From: Selaginella moellendorffii
Lineage: Eukaryota; Plantae; Lycopodiophyta
DNA: 64,000 bases
Reading direction: 5' to 3'
Assembly (NCBI RefSeq): GCF_000143415.4
Contig: NW_003314301.1
Location: 1,170,981 to 1,234,980 of the forward strand
Shown: one piece after another, positions 50,481-64,000 of the stretch
How the letters are laid out: each line of letters starts with the position of its first letter
Numbering within the stretch: position 1 is the stretch's first letter
Made by a program: the position numbers and the translations under genes
The notes under the pieces: model-generated
Seen by the model: the letters and a program-made list of their open reading frames with translations, nothing else
Told to the model about the DNA's origin: nothing
Database searches by the model: none

Positions 50481-52217
50481 ATGCGGGGAGAGGGGGGAGT
50501 GCTGGCCATGGCGCTGGCCTCCCGCGGCATCGTTCTGCTCGCAATGCTGGCCTGGGCGTGGCTTGGATCGCCCTATGATTCCTCGGCAGCATTGGATTTG
50601 CCCTGTCTCTCGCGGGATGATCATGGTTTTGATCGAGGGGGGATCTCGAATTCTACGCTTCTCAGAAGCGTTGTGTGGGACGGCGTGTACTACTTGCGGA
50701 TTGCTCGCTGTGGCTACGAGTACGAGCAAATGCACGCGTTCCAGCCTCTCCTTCCCCTTCTCATGCGTTTTCTCTCCAACACTGGTAAATGCTTACATGA
50801 ATTTTTTTTCTTTTGTTCCATGACTGATGTTCCTGTTCTTCCAGCTTTAAGAGGCTTTGTTCCAGTTTTTGGCTATGATGAAACGCTCGCCTTGTCTGGC
50901 TATGTCATAAACGTCATGGCTTTCGTATTGGCAGCTCTCTACTTATATAGGTATGTTTTTACTCTTCCATTCATCTTCTAGTCTTCTGATCGATATTTGT
51001 TCTTTCCTTCTTTGCTAGGCTGAGTTTGTACGTTCTAGAACGAGAGAGAATGGCTTTCCTGGCGACGGCATTTTTCTGCTTTAATCCGGCATCGGTTTTC
51101 TACTCATCCTTGTAAGTTGGTAACCTTTCAAGATGTTCCAACTAGCAATCGACGTTCGTTTCTGTGACGCAGATATACTGAAAGCTTATTTGCTCTACTA
51201 TCCTTTGCGGGAATGTGGTATCTCGTAAGTGGAGCCAGATGGAAGTCTGCGATCTTGTTTGGCTTCTCCAGCATTGCGCGTTCGAATGGCATTGTTCATG
51301 CGGGATTCTTCTTGTTCCAGTGCCTTCACTTGGTTTACCACAACAAAGTCTTCCACATGAAAAGGCCGCTGGTGAGAAAGTTGGCTTTTCGTTTCTTTCC
51401 CGCGTGCTCGAATTTTGATTGTTTCTATCATAAGCTTGCAGGATCTCTCTTTGTCATCATCCAGTGCGGACTTCAAGCTTCCCTTGTGGTAGCACCCTTC
51501 GTTGTTTTTCAGGCTTATGGCTACTTTGAGATGTGTTTCAACGATTCCAAGCAGCAGAGGCCTTGGTGCAAGGCAACCATACCGTACTTGTATGGATTCG
51601 TTCAAGATCACTACTGGTAAGATCTGCTTCTCTTGGCATGGTTTTTATAATTGTCTGCTGTGCCAGGGACGTTGGATTCCTACGGTATTTCCAGCTCAAA
51701 CAAATCCCGAACTTTCTGTCTGCGTCGCCGGCACTGCTTCTAGCAAGCTCTGCCATTGTCACATACGCCAGAGCGCAGCCCAAATTGTTTTATTCTCTGG
51801 GTCTCGCAGCACCTTCTTGGCAGAAAAGAAAGGCCGCCCTTCTTCCAGATCACTCAAAACGTAAGCAACACTGTTTTTGGACTTTCCTAATGTCATCGAA
51901 TCTGTAGCTCCGAGAGTGAAGAAAGAAGCGACGGGATTTTACGCAGTGGCAAGCGTTCCTTTTGTTTTTGAGCTCTTGGTTATGACCCTTGTTGCATTCT
52001 TGGTAATGCACGTCCAGGTATTCGCTATACTTGTTTTTTTAGCTCCTCAAAACTTGGAATCGGGATTCTGCAGGTGTCGACCCGCTTTCTCTCTTGCAGT
52101 CCAGTTATATATTGGTTCTCGGCATCCTTTCGTAGGCAATGGATTGGATGGTGGGTGTTTCTTTCTTACACCCTGGTTGGAACATTGCTCTTCGTAAATT
52201 TCTATCCTTTCACGTAA
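50481..52217 (+). CDS. PIGV: GPI mannosyltransferase 2 (PIG-V/GPI18 homologue), multi-exon
   Basis: VWDGVYYLRIARCGYEYEQMHAFQPLLP, CFNPASVFYSS.YTESLFA, RSNG, YGFVQDHYW.VGFLRYFQLKQIPNFL and C-terminal NFYPFT*. GT-AG introns of about 50-70 bp. Confidence 0.93.
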
Positions 52218-52933
52218 TCTTTCGCGAGTCCACCTCCAAGATTTTCTAATGCATCTCGAAATACCGCAAACGGCAAACGTCAAAAGCTAGGCATTGCTTT
52301 CGCTGTCTCCAAGAAATTTGGTAAGTTGTGCAGCCTTTTTTTTTGTTTTGTTTTGACAGAATGGATGATATTTCCTGATTTATCGGTGTGTGGCCCTGTA
52401 TTGAGATTGAAGATTATTTGAGGGACCAAGAGTGACGTACCTGTTACGTTTGCATCGTCTTTGTGTCTCCTGTACAGCTCAATCTGTATCAATTGTAGCA
52501 GGTATTCAGTTGAATATCATAGTCAATTTCAATGAATGCCACTGAACAGCCTATAGAATAGAGAGACATATTCAACATATAATAGAGAGACGTACAACCA
52601 GCAAGCATATCAGCTCGTTTGATCCTGCAGGGCTAGTGGTACAGTGTTTTTATTTTTGTATTTTTCTATTTGTTTTCTTTTGCTAGATCCCTATAAGAAA
52701 GTGGACCGTAAACAAACCAGTTGTCAAGAAAGAAATGTCCACCAGAGTCGAAGATGAACAGAGGAGGATTATATATCTACAGTTTAAACTTCCTCCATTC
52801 TTGACAAGTTCAGCTAAGTGGCCGACCTTATTGGGTTTTTGTACACCAACTTTTGAAAGGAAGGTGAAAGAATGGCCAGACTTCCCCAAGTAATCATTTG
52901 CATCTTAGGGAGGACAAACTAACTCAGCAGCCC

Positions 52934-52943
52934 AGTATAAATA
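52934..52943 (+). promoter_or_regulatory. TATA box of the GH3 gene
   Basis: TATAAATA about 135 bp upstream of the ATG at 53072. Confidence 0.5.
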
Positions 52944-53071
52944 AGCCAAGTTCTGGAAGTCTGCTCACACACACAACACATTCGAACAGCAACTTCACAT
53001 TCTTGAGGTTTTTTTCAGCATCAAAGTTTCTTACTGAAAAAAATAGAAGCCTCAGTGTTTTCCTTGCCATC

Positions 53072-55114
53072 ATGCCAGGGATTCCATTGATCTCCCATAG
53101 TGACGCTCTTACTTATGGCTTTGAGGAGCTGGCCAGGAATGGTAATGCTGTGCAGGCTGAGCTCCTCGAGCAGATCTTGGTGCAGAATGCAGATGCTGAC
53201 TATCTCAAGGAGCACAAGCTGAATGGCTGCACTGATCTGGAGACTTTTAAAGCGCGTCTCCCGCTTATCACCTATGCAGACATCGAAGGCTACATTCAAA
53301 AGATTGCCGATGGCGATCAGTCGCCGCTTCTCTGCCAAAAGCCAGTTGATATGTTCTTCCTGAGGTAATTTTTTCCTTTTTTTTCTTAAAAGCTGTGCTG
53401 ATAGTACACTGTTTCCTAAGCTCTGGGACTGCCAAGGGACGAACAAAGCTCATCCCAGCGCACTATGACTTCTTTCTCAACACCATTCGATTGTTCCAAC
53501 TCTCTGGAGCGTTTCGAGGAAGGTACTATAATTGACATGTCAACTGGATTCTCTCACTCATGAATTCACTCTGAAAAAGTCAGGCACTTCCCACTGAGCT
53601 CGAATGCCAAAGTCATGGACATTGTCTACTGTGGCAAGCAAACAATGACCAAAGGAGGAATTCTCACGGGAACCGGAACCACAAACTATTTCCGCAGCGA
53701 AGCCTTCAAGCTCAAGCAGCAGTCCACAAAGATGTTCAATTCTAGCCCAAACGAGGTGATCTTCTCCTCCAGCCTTCCCCAAGCAACGTACTGCCACCTG
53801 CTCTTCGCCCTCCTCGCCGCGGACGACATAGCCGTAATCTCCTCCACCTTCGTCTACACAATCGTCGAGGCCTTTCGCTTCCTGGAAAAGACCTGGTCAA
53901 TCTTGGCCGATTGCATCGAGTCTGGAACACTCCCCGAATGGATCACAGACCATGCAATCCAAACCGTGGCCTCGAAGCAGCTCACCCAAGATCATCCCGA
54001 CCGCGATCGAGGAACTCTAGCAGCCAAGATCCGATTGGAATGCAGCCGTGGCTTCCAGGGAATCATCCCGAGACTGTGGAGGAACACGAGCTACGTCCTG
54101 TCAATCATGACCGGAACAATGTTGTCCTACTGCGAGGCGATGCGGTTCTACGCAGGGCCGGGCCTGGCGCTGGTTTGCGGTGACTATGGCGCTTCCGAGA
54201 GCTGGATGGGGATCAACATGGATCCTCTCTCGTCCCCGCACAACACCATCTTCACCATCGTCCCGGATCTTGCCTACTTTGAGTTCATTCCTCTGGAGCG
54301 GCGCAAGTTTTCTAAGATCCACGAGATCAATGGTCCCGTGGTGCCGCCGAGCTCGCTTTTCACGGAGGTGGCAGCGCCAGTGAGCATGGCAGACGTCCGT
54401 GTGGGTCAAGAATACGAGATCGCCATCACAACTTCGTCCGGTAAATCCTTTTTGATTGAGTCTCGAATGATAACCAAGTGTATTGTGCATGCCTGTGCCG
54501 TGTGAGCAGGGCTGTACAGGTACCGCGTGGGCGACGTTGTACGCATCTGTGGGTTTTACCACGATCTGCCGCAGTTCGAGTTCGTCTGCCGCCGGGACGT
54601 GCAGCTCAGCATCCACATCGACAAAAACGGCGAGACCGAGCTGGCCGTGGTGATGGAGCGGTCCGCCGCGGTACTACACGGCACAGGCGTCGGGGTGGTG
54701 GAGTATACCGCCCATGCTGACGTGTCGTTCCGCCCGGGACACTACGTTGTGTTTGTGGAGCTGGACGTGGACGTGGACGTGCCACACGTGAGAAAAGGAA
54801 ACCAGGGATCTTCAAAGGTGGCGCAAGAAAAGCGTGACGATTTTGAGAGGGTATTGCAGGAGTGTTGTGATTGCATGGATGGCGCATTTGTGGAGCCCGG
54901 TTATGTTGTGTCCCGTGCGGCCAAGACGATTGGACCCCTGGAGCTTTGCGTAGTGGAGAGGGGAACTTTTCGCAAGTTGGCAGAGAGTGCTCTGGACAAA
55001 GGTGCAACGCTGAATCAGTATAAGACCCCACGTTGCATTGCCGCGTCACACTTGCTAGCCATTCTCCGTGCAGGGATGGTCCGGAGCTTCTATTCGGGAG
55101 TGAGGAGAGAGTAG
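53072..55114 (+). CDS. GH3: GH3 acyl-acid amido synthetase (auxin/jasmonate-conjugating family)
   Basis: SSGTAKGRTKLIP (motif I), DYGASE (motif II), YFEFIP, GLYRYRVGDVV (motif III) and QYKTPRCI; three short GT-AG introns. Confidence 0.95.
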
Positions 55115-58100
55115 GTAGGGTAGTAAATTCCCCCCTTCACTGGGCCCAAAAACATGCTGAGTCTCATTACTTTCCATGTTTTATTTGTGTTCGGAGAGAT
55201 TTGAAGATTAAATTATTTTAAATGAATAATATATAGTTCATAAATATCTAGCTGGGTGGAGTATTTATCTATCTTTTTATATGTTATTTTAGCAGAAGCA
55301 TCAAACAAAGGTGTTGCCGCGACCAACTGGAGGGTTTACATTGTCATAGTGAAGCATCAAACAAGTGGTGCCATTCAAACAAAAACGGTGTCATGCCTCC
55401 TATTGGGAAATAATGAAAGAATGAGACCACAATGGTGCAAATTTGTAATGCAATTCTTCAAATATTAATACATGAAAGCATGGGACCACAGTGCAATAAA
55501 TGACTTATAACAATCTTTTGAAGTTGAAGAAGCTTATGTTTTCACTATTGCTAATGCTGTTGCAGCAACAACTTCCACATGTTTGAAGCTGTCCAAGCAA
55601 TAGCGGAAGTTGCTTGGCAATGCATGTAATATTATTAGAAATGTAATGGTTTGATGTTTCATGCAATCATACGTTTAACGTGTTCTTTTTCCCGTAGGAC
55701 GTTTTCCTTTTTTTGACTATGGTACCATATTCATGATATGATATTGGCCAATCACAAGACGAGAACAAAAAGTGGCAGGCCGGAATAAAGTATAAAACAC
55801 CAATCCGGCATGGAATAAGGAAAGAAGCTCCATCCAATCCGGAATAAAATATAATGGCCAAAGCTTTAGCTCCTTGGTGCTCGAGATGTACGTGAGGATT
55901 TGCTCATGTGACATATCTCCTTTTCACGTGGGCCATTGATTAAAGGTGTTTTGATACGCCACCGAGGACCAGTGGGAAGCTCCCCACACTCGAAACGTTT
56001 TGCATCTCTTTGCGGGCACCTGGAGGAATGTAAAACATGCATTGCATACCACTCGGTCGCAACATGTACACAGTAACAAGAATCTTCCTCAATGAAGTCC
56101 ACAATATGAGGTGAACTTCTCAGCGCCTCAAAGTGGGATGAAGCCGCTAGCTGCCATTGAGTCAAGCATATTCTCTTGAACGAGTATACCATTGAATTGT
56201 TCTAGCCTGCACAAACAAAGGAATGAACATAAGCCCAAAATGGTTGCCATACAAAATAACTTTTGTATGCTTGGAGATGGTAATTGTTGCTGTCAATGGC
56301 ATGCAATTTGTAAATTGCGTGACAACTGACCACACGACCTATGCACACACCACCAGTTGCCAGCAGTCAATTCCCAGCAGTCAATTCCTGATTGGATGTC
56401 AGATATACAAGTTATTTATATACATCAATAAGTCTTAGATGGGTCCATAATGAGCCATATAACCCATGCATGGTGCCACATGCATTGATGACATCCTTCA
56501 GTCATCCTCATGTGTTCCAGACCTGGGATGGGTCTTGGGTTAGGGTTAAGATGCAAGGAATGTTAGTTGCAATGGCATTTTTGGATGTGAGGGGTTTTGG
56601 TAGCTACACTACATGGTGAGCCAATTTATGTCCTATTGTCCTCTTGTTTGTAGTTTGCTTGAGTCCAAAAACTAGAGTATTGAGGTAAGGTGTTAACAAG
56701 CAAAAGAGATTCAGAATGAGTAAGCTTGAATTGTTACATTATATATCTCTAACCTATGTGAGATGGTAAGTGAGGAGGCAAACAGCACTTTGTCCTCTTT
56801 CAGCTCTGCTTCTGAAAGCAGTTCCAATGTGCAAGAAGTGGTGGAGGACAATGTTTTGCCTGTAAGTAGAAATTTCACACTCATCCGTAATTTCTTAATT
56901 TCTCAAGTGTTTGAGATTTTCTTGCGAACAAGAGAATTTGCTAGTCCAAATGTATTTACCACTTGGTTACACCTCGATTCTTGGGATAAAAACTACAAGG
57001 TACCTAGCAAATTACTTCTAAATTACAAGGCTAGCATTGTACAAATATATGTGCATTGTCATTCCGAATTGGAGAGGTGTATACAAGAGTACCAACAGAG
57101 GATTGAATTAAGTTCAAACTTATGTAACTATGAATTATGCTGGCACAAACTGGGGTATCATTAACTCCTGGTCTAGTTGTTGAACAGTAGGATATAGATT
57201 TAGCTAATAGCAAGTTTGTGAAGCATTGGCAATGCATGATTCAGCAGGGCTGTAGTAGGGGCATCTGTCTAGAATTCAAAGACAGATTTACACTAATGTG
57301 GAGCCTTATGTGCTGTGCCATATGGACTGAGTATATTTCATTGCATTTGTGAAGATTTAAACATTCATTGTGGCAGCATATTGCAAACTTGTATCATATA
57401 GATTCTACATTCACATTTTGATATGTGGGGAAACTCATTATACAGTCTCTTGAGAGCTATCAACCATCAAACAAACGCATGTGATTTTCAACATATACGC
57501 ACAAACTGTATACAGATTTAGCCGGCATAAATGCATTAGGAGTGACAATGCTCCTGAACATAATGTGGTAGAGAATGATATGGAACGTTTTTTGGGTCCT
57601 TAAGGCAAGAGTTTTATCCACAAGACGTCAACAAGAAACTAGGTATAACTTCAATATTTTGTTGTGCATGTTCATCACCACTAACCTCCCTACCTTGCAG
57701 TGCATTGAGCACTTTTGGTGTGAATTGTACAAGTGTATGATGTGGTTATACAAGCACCTAATGGAGGATATTGGCATATGGATATTTCCAATGTATGGAG
57801 TTTGCAATGTCATATCTTGCCAAAGATATATCTCATTGAGTCACTATGTAGAATTTACACAAGGTGCGTTTATATTAGTGTGGTGAGTTCTTCAGGCCAT
57901 CTCATGTACCAGTGAATTTGTTTCAGCCCTTGGAGCACGAGCTTGGGTAAGCCTTTCATTTGACGATGATATGCATAAACTTTCCCACTTGTAGAATCGT
58001 TCAGCCATTATCTTTAAAGGATATAGAAGACATATCAGGTTCAATATTTATGAATGTTAAAGGTGAAACACTCCCTCAAGTATTACTTCCCTTCTTTTTA

Positions 58101-58959
58101 TCACTCAAAGCATGCTTGATGTCTTAGAAACTCACAACTATGATGCATCAACAAGGCCTTAATCTTGATGAACAATATCTCCTACATTTGGATTTATTTA
58201 TTAAACATGTAATAGCTGACGTTGAAGGTGTGGCTCTTTTAGTTTCTATTGACACTGCTCTTCCTTCACACTCATAGCAAGCCTTTTGCATTTCCTCTCA
58301 TCTCCATAGCAAGCCTCACCTCTTTGTTTTTTATTTTACCACATATAAGAAGTAAGGACATGGTGAGAATACATGGAAGTGGAGGTACTTGGCCCTGAAA
58401 TAGTGCTAGAAATAATGCTCTATGTGATAAGCCTCTCAATCTTCCCTTCACCTCCAATCTGCAAACCATACATACAAGCTCAATTCTAGTGGTCCTGTTT
58501 GTGTATAAGCATGTATAGTTAAACAAACAAGGGAGGGAACCCTAGGCCAACCTCTCAACCCTTAAGGCATTATGGCCTTAAATCCCACAGGCTATAAAAT
58601 ATTTTCAAAATGTTCTTATGGTTTGTATCATTCTCCTCTCCCTCATAACCTAGACATGGATAGCAACCTTAAGAAGTTAAATGAGCTTCACATGAAGGGA
58701 GTTTAAAGGAATACGGCTATGGAGAAAAAATGTGCAAATGGCAACACTAATGTTGCGACAAATAGCCACAAAGAAAGAAAGTAATATAGCTTTTTCGCAT
58801 GACAAGAGTTCTATAGCAGTATTGTTATATGATTTGAGCCATTTGTTCCATTCTCATTTTCTTATTTCCATGACTATAAGTGGAGGATATAAATCATTGG
58901 TGATTCTTTTTGTGCTTATTATGAAGTGAATTATATCTTGTTATAAAAGATAGATTCAT

Positions 58960-60660
58960 AATCCTCTCATTCCTTAGGAATGTCATCTAAGTTATAACCA
59001 AAACTTAGAAACACTTTCTTTATATCATCTTTAGTTTCCCATGTAGCTTCATCCATGGAATAACTATTTTATTGAACTAACAACTTCCTAGTTGTCTTCC
59101 GATGTGATATCACCACTCTTTGAGCAAGAATATTGGTTGGACTAGCCTTCTCAGCATCAATCTTTGGGATCTAGATGATGGATTGATCCAAAATATCACT
59201 AGAGTGCATTCACACTTTAAGCTTTCTTACATGGAACATTGAATGAATCTTTGACCTAAGTTGGCAAGTCCAAAGTGTATGCAAGATCCCCCACACACTA
59301 TAAAATTGTCTAAGGCCCGAAACACCATAAAAACAATCTAGCAATGTCACCTCCTTTTAGAAACCATTGTGCATCTGATAGATTAAGGAAAACTTTGTCA
59401 CCAACTTTGTATTTTTGATGACGACAATGCTCATTAGCTAATCTTTTGTCTCGATCTTGAGCTTATTCATGTTCACCTTTGCCAACTCAAGCTTATCTTG
59501 CATATCTCTAAGAAATCACAAGCATGAGGCCGATTGATAAGTGCTAGTGTGAACTAACTGAAGCAAAGACAAGTATTTCTCCCATACTCCCTATCGATTC
59601 AAGTTTCCCATAAAAAACCTCAACATATCTTCCAACAGATGATTTATGCACTTTGTCTGTCCGGGGATGATAGAGGCTAATGAGCTTTTGATGATCAACT
59701 TTGACCACCTGGTATGTCAAACAACCACATACGTATTTCTCAACATCTAACTTCATCCGAAGCCAAAAAAAATGCCTCTTCACCAACATATACATTCTTA
59801 GTACCCCCAAATGCCCAACACTTGGCACATTATGACACTTAACCAAAATCTATTTGATGAGTTTATCAATACAAGGAGTTTGTTGGCCTAGAAGATTCTT
59901 TTGTCAACTAAAATACTGGAGAGACTAATGATCTGAGTCTATATGGAAGTCCGATCCATACAAATAATATTGCCATTCCTTCACAATAGCAATCACAACA
60001 TACAACTCCTCTTGAGTAGGCCAATTCCACTATGTAGCATCAAACTTATGGCTCATGTACGTAAAAGGATGCCCAACTTGAAGTAAGATGGCTCCAATAG
60101 TAATGTCACTTGTATCTGTCTCAATCACAAGAGGCTTCTCAAGATCAAAAATCTTTAATACAAGAGTAGAGATACAACATTACTTCAAATGTTGAAATGC
60201 CACTTGACATTTCTCATCCTAACCATGAATAGTAGCATGTTTTAACGTGTTCTAGAAAAGATTGGTCAAGGGAGTTACTATCTCTGAAAATCCTTCACAA
60301 ATCCAAAAAGAACTCCAACCATACCCATGTTGACAAACTCATCAATAGATTTTGGTTAAGTGTCATGATGTGCCATGTGTTCGGCATCCATGAATACTAA
60401 GAATGTATAAAAGAGGCATTTCTTTTGGCCTGGGATGAAGTTAGATGTTGAGAAGTATATATGTGGTTGATTGATTTACTAGGCACAAAGTTGATCATTA
60501 AAAGCTTGCTAGCCTCTATCATCCCCTATGTGTATCTTAGAATAAATGGGATAGCATTTTGATGGACTTTATCATTGGTTTACTCAAGACCTTTCGAGGA
60601 AATAATGTTATTTGGGTTGTTGTGGATCACTTAACAAAGATGGCTCACTTCTTCAGGACA
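58960..60660. mobile_element. Scrambled Ty3/gypsy (chromovirus-like) remnants: chromodomain, integrase, RNase H
   Basis: Minus strand: DEATWET (chromodomain-like), CHNVPSVGHLG..HFFW (integrase zinc finger) and RNase H. A plus-strand integrase piece [12 protein letters not shown] lies at about 60385-60660. Confidence 0.7.
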
Positions 60661-60791
60661 AGTTAATTATTTTAACAAAATATACAACTATTTAGAATCT
60701 AAAGATTAAAGAGCCACTCATATTAATTGTATAATTGATTGTGAGAGAAATAATATTGCTGAGATGAATAGGGTTATGAGCAAGAGGCATT

Positions 60792-61321
60792 TGTAAACTT
60801 TTGAGTTTAGACTTTTTGGAAGGTCACCCAACTCAGTACTATTTAAACCCAAAGATGCTTAATCCCAAATATTATAATACCCTTAGCTATTTGGAAAAAG
60901 GGGTGCATTTTTATTCATGAGCCCTTTCCCTTTATATTTGAACTATTATGGATTATCTCTCAAGTAGTTTTGTTTGATTGCTTATAATCCACTATGCTTC
61001 CCTGCGAGTTCACACCCTCGTGAATGGAAGTTGAGAGCTGCAACTCTTGCCAAATGTTAATCATCATGTGGTATAATTCCCCTAATTAACCAGCAAAGTT
61101 AGACTTGAGACCGCTTTAATACTAAATACAAGCTTTTGAGTTTGAACTTCCTAGAAGGTCACTCAACCTAATACTATTCAAACCTAAGGACACTTAATCT
61201 TAAGTATCTTAAGACTCTTAACCAATTAAAAAAGGGGGTGCATTTTTATTCATAAGCCCTTTCCCTTTATATTTAAACCCTTATGAATTGTCTCTAGAGT
61301 CATTCTCTTTAGTTGCTTACA
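60792..61321 (-). mobile_element. Second, older Cassandra-like TRIM with two 5S-derived LTRs
   Basis: LTRs 60792-60986 and 61127-61321 and the internal region of about 140 bp align by eye to 6892-7342, with many C>T/G>A changes. Confidence 0.85.
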
Positions 61322-61799
61322 ATATCGATTAATTATAAGAGTTGTAGTATTAATAACTTATTCTCCCTCTCATCTCTATGCTCTTTTGTAGCGCATGTGA
61401 TCATAAGATGAGATTTGGATATACTGTCACTGTGGATTTTTGGAACCTTGGGGGATAAAATAGCCACTAAGAGTTCTTTCATCAAGCAATTATCCCTTTT
61501 TCAGTTGGCTTAAAGAGAGAGAAATAAAGTGCATTACATGTGGTATTTATACCTCTTTCATAGAGGTTGGATTCAAACACACTACTGGATCATTTATTGT
61601 GTCATCATCATTCCTCAGAACAAATTGCATAGATATGGTTACTCGCGAGATTGAGCATACTTGGGATTAGAAATGGCAAATGAAATCTCAAAAGTTTGAT
61701 ACTTTGATAGCATGCCACGAGGAGACATAGGCTTTTGTAGGCTGGATGTTCTTCATTATTGATGGAAACCACCAGTGACTAGTATTTTGGAGGAGCTCA

Positions 61800-62745
61800 T
61801 GTGGTTTTCACCCTTTATCCTATGGTGATTTACCATAGGATAACCATGAAGTAGAACTTAAACCCTCTATGTGCCACTTGTCACATGCCACGTACCACAT
61901 GCCACGTGTCTAAAAGACAGTGGTGTGGAACCCAAGTTTCAAGGCCTTGGGCCACAAAACTTTTAAGCATTGAGCTAAGGAGTGAAGGAATTAAAACATG
62001 GAGCGACTCTTGAGCGTATAGTACAGAAGCATGGAACGACTTGAAACAGTGCTAAAGTATTTAACATCCCAATGCCAGGACTAACATGCAAAATGGAGCC
62101 AAATAAAGTCTAGTGCTATTTTAGCATATCGGTGGCCTAATGAGAGGATATGGGTACTCCACCAACTAGCATAGTGTGGAACTTAGGCTTAAAACCCCTT
62201 TCTTAAGGATGCATGCTTTGGGCTTTCACCCTTAGTCATCCTTAGTACCATGAGTTAGTCTCTAGGACTAACTCAAAACTTATTAAATATGAAATGTCTC
62301 TAGATTATGAATTTGGACATGGGATGAATACTATTGTGTTTAGGACAATCTCTACATTCCATAAATATACTAAATAATTAAATTTAGACACTTTCCATAA
62401 ATAGCAATTGAGACCAAATGGAACTAATAGAAGGTGCATGATAGTAAAGGTGTTTAGTAGACACAATAAGCTATCATTTAATGAATATTGAGGGACCATT
62501 TCAAAGCTAATGACACAAGCTTCTCAAACCAGGCCGAGTATGTTTAGCAAAAAACATATAGGGTTCTTATCTTATGTTTATCCGATTTAAGTGCATGGGT
62601 ATTAACCAGTTTCTCAACTAGCTCAAGTGGAGACTAATAAAGAGTCCAACAATACCGACCTCCTGCCATCATAGCAGTTAAGAAAGAATATCCAAAAGGA
62701 CTAGTCGAGAGGTAACTTTCGATACCCGAAATCACATTTGCAACA
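61800..62745 (-). repeat. Full-length (probably solo) LTR of the local gypsy family
   Basis: TG...CA ends (TGTGGTTTT ... TTTGCAACA); collinear with the other LTR copies. Confidence 0.78.
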
Positions 62746-63149
62746 TGTATCTAAGAAAAGTTCTAGAACAATGATGAGTGACATATTTATATTCTAATGA
62801 CACTTGTAGAGCCAGAGGATTGAAACCAAGCTATAAGGCTCAACTTGGCATGTCACAAGATCAACATGTAAGAATCCCTTACTAATAGCCTTTGTTCTCA
62901 CCAACTATGTTACAAGCTTAATTAGTTTGCTTTCCAATCACATATCTTAGTCCATGATATCGAGCACCTTCGATATGTTGGCATGCTCTCTCTCAAGGAA
63001 ATCCAAATGCTGTATAGTCACAAGGTTATGGAAGCAGTTCAAGCAAAGTTTGTAATATGTAAAAACCAAAAGTTGCTTATTTGGTATTAGGTGCCTATGA
63101 ATTTTTTGGTTGTGGTCTAGGTAAAGGTATTCTTCTCTTGCATGAACTG

Positions 63150-63693
63150 GAGGGGGGGTGGAGGGTTCCAAATGTATAGTAGGGATATTGGGTAGGCTGG
63201 ATATGGCCGACCAACTTGAGGCATAGTTTAGCTCTTACTTGCATGTTTATCCTTGTTTTACGTCCAGCTTGGGTCTAAGCCCAAGTTCCATACTATGCTA
63301 CTTGGTGGAATACTCATATCCTCACATTAGGCCACCGATATACTAAAATAGTGCTAAACTCTGTTTGGCTCTGTTTTGCATGTTAGTCCTTGCATTGGGA
63401 TACTAGATATTCTATGACTATTCCAAGTCACTCTGTGCTCCTATTCTTTTACTCCTTTGCTCCTTGGGCTATATGTTTGGGAGTCACTTCGTGTTTTAGT
63501 ACCTTTGCTCTTTAGCTCCATGTTTAAGAGTTTGGCATTGTTCTTTCATTCAGTGGCCTAAGACCCTAAAACTTGAGTTCCATACCACTGTCCTTTGGAC
63601 ACATGGCATATGACACGTGGCACATGGAGGGTTTAGGTTCCACTTCGTGGTTTCTTATGGTAAATCACCATAGGATAAAAAGTGAAAACCACA
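63150..63693 (+). repeat. Partial LTR of the same family
   Basis: Reverse complement of 61800-62200; ends in GTGAAAACCACA. Confidence 0.75.
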
Positions 63694-64000
63694 TGTGCTA
63701 CATTTAGTATTAGAGGATACGTCTCAGCAAGTACTATCCAATGAAATTGAGCAACTTGTCTTTGTATACATAGAGATGGAAACGATGATCTGAGTGGATG
63801 CACGTTTGGGTACTAAGACTTCGCATTTGTTCCTTAAGTATGGATTTGGTTACCTTTTTGTAGCATATTATGTAAACATACTCTTGGGCTTATAGGATGG
63901 ATTGAGATATTTCGATTGCACGAGTTTGCGCTTGGGCTCGTGAGTGAGGCATATTAGCAACTCAAGGCTACACTTAGGATTAATGTTAGCCTATCGGTGG

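Noticed and set aside
55300-58100. Possible decayed DNA-transposon coding remnants (FIPACH-like and EPYVL-like peptides suggesting KDZ or CACTA)
   Set aside because: The motifs are too short and broken, and no TIR or TSD was found. A translated profile search would be needed.

Overview
Eukaryotic, plant-type genomic DNA. Introns of about 50 bp, TTTAGGG repeats, a GH3 gene and an axonemal dynein heavy-chain remnant point to a flagellate-sperm land plant, probably a lycophyte such as Selaginella (inference). Positions 1-43 kb and 55-64 kb are nested, decayed transposable elements: a LINE, several Ty3/gypsy pieces and LTRs of one family, two 5S-rRNA-derived Cassandra-like TRIMs and a hAT element. 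A small gene island at 44-55 kb holds a dynein pseudogene, an orphan gene, a Crinkler/RHS-like NTPase-REase gene, PIG-V and GH3. The main find is a 12.9-kb TIR DNA transposon (19317-32264; 24-bp TIRs, 4-bp TSD) with a Sola-like transposase. It also carries a divergently transcribed 11-exon cargo gene of about 1,640 aa that appears to fuse a ParB-like domain, a degenerate DNA-methyltransferase-like fold and an FCP1-like HAD phosphatase. More than 20 copies of a 22-bp palindrome (ATGGCRTGWGGCCWCAYGCCAT) are scattered through this element, mostly in non-coding DNA and introns, and I saw none outside it. This is a candidate parS/ParB-like self-recognition or anti-silencing system. All domain calls come from reading motifs by eye, not from database searches.
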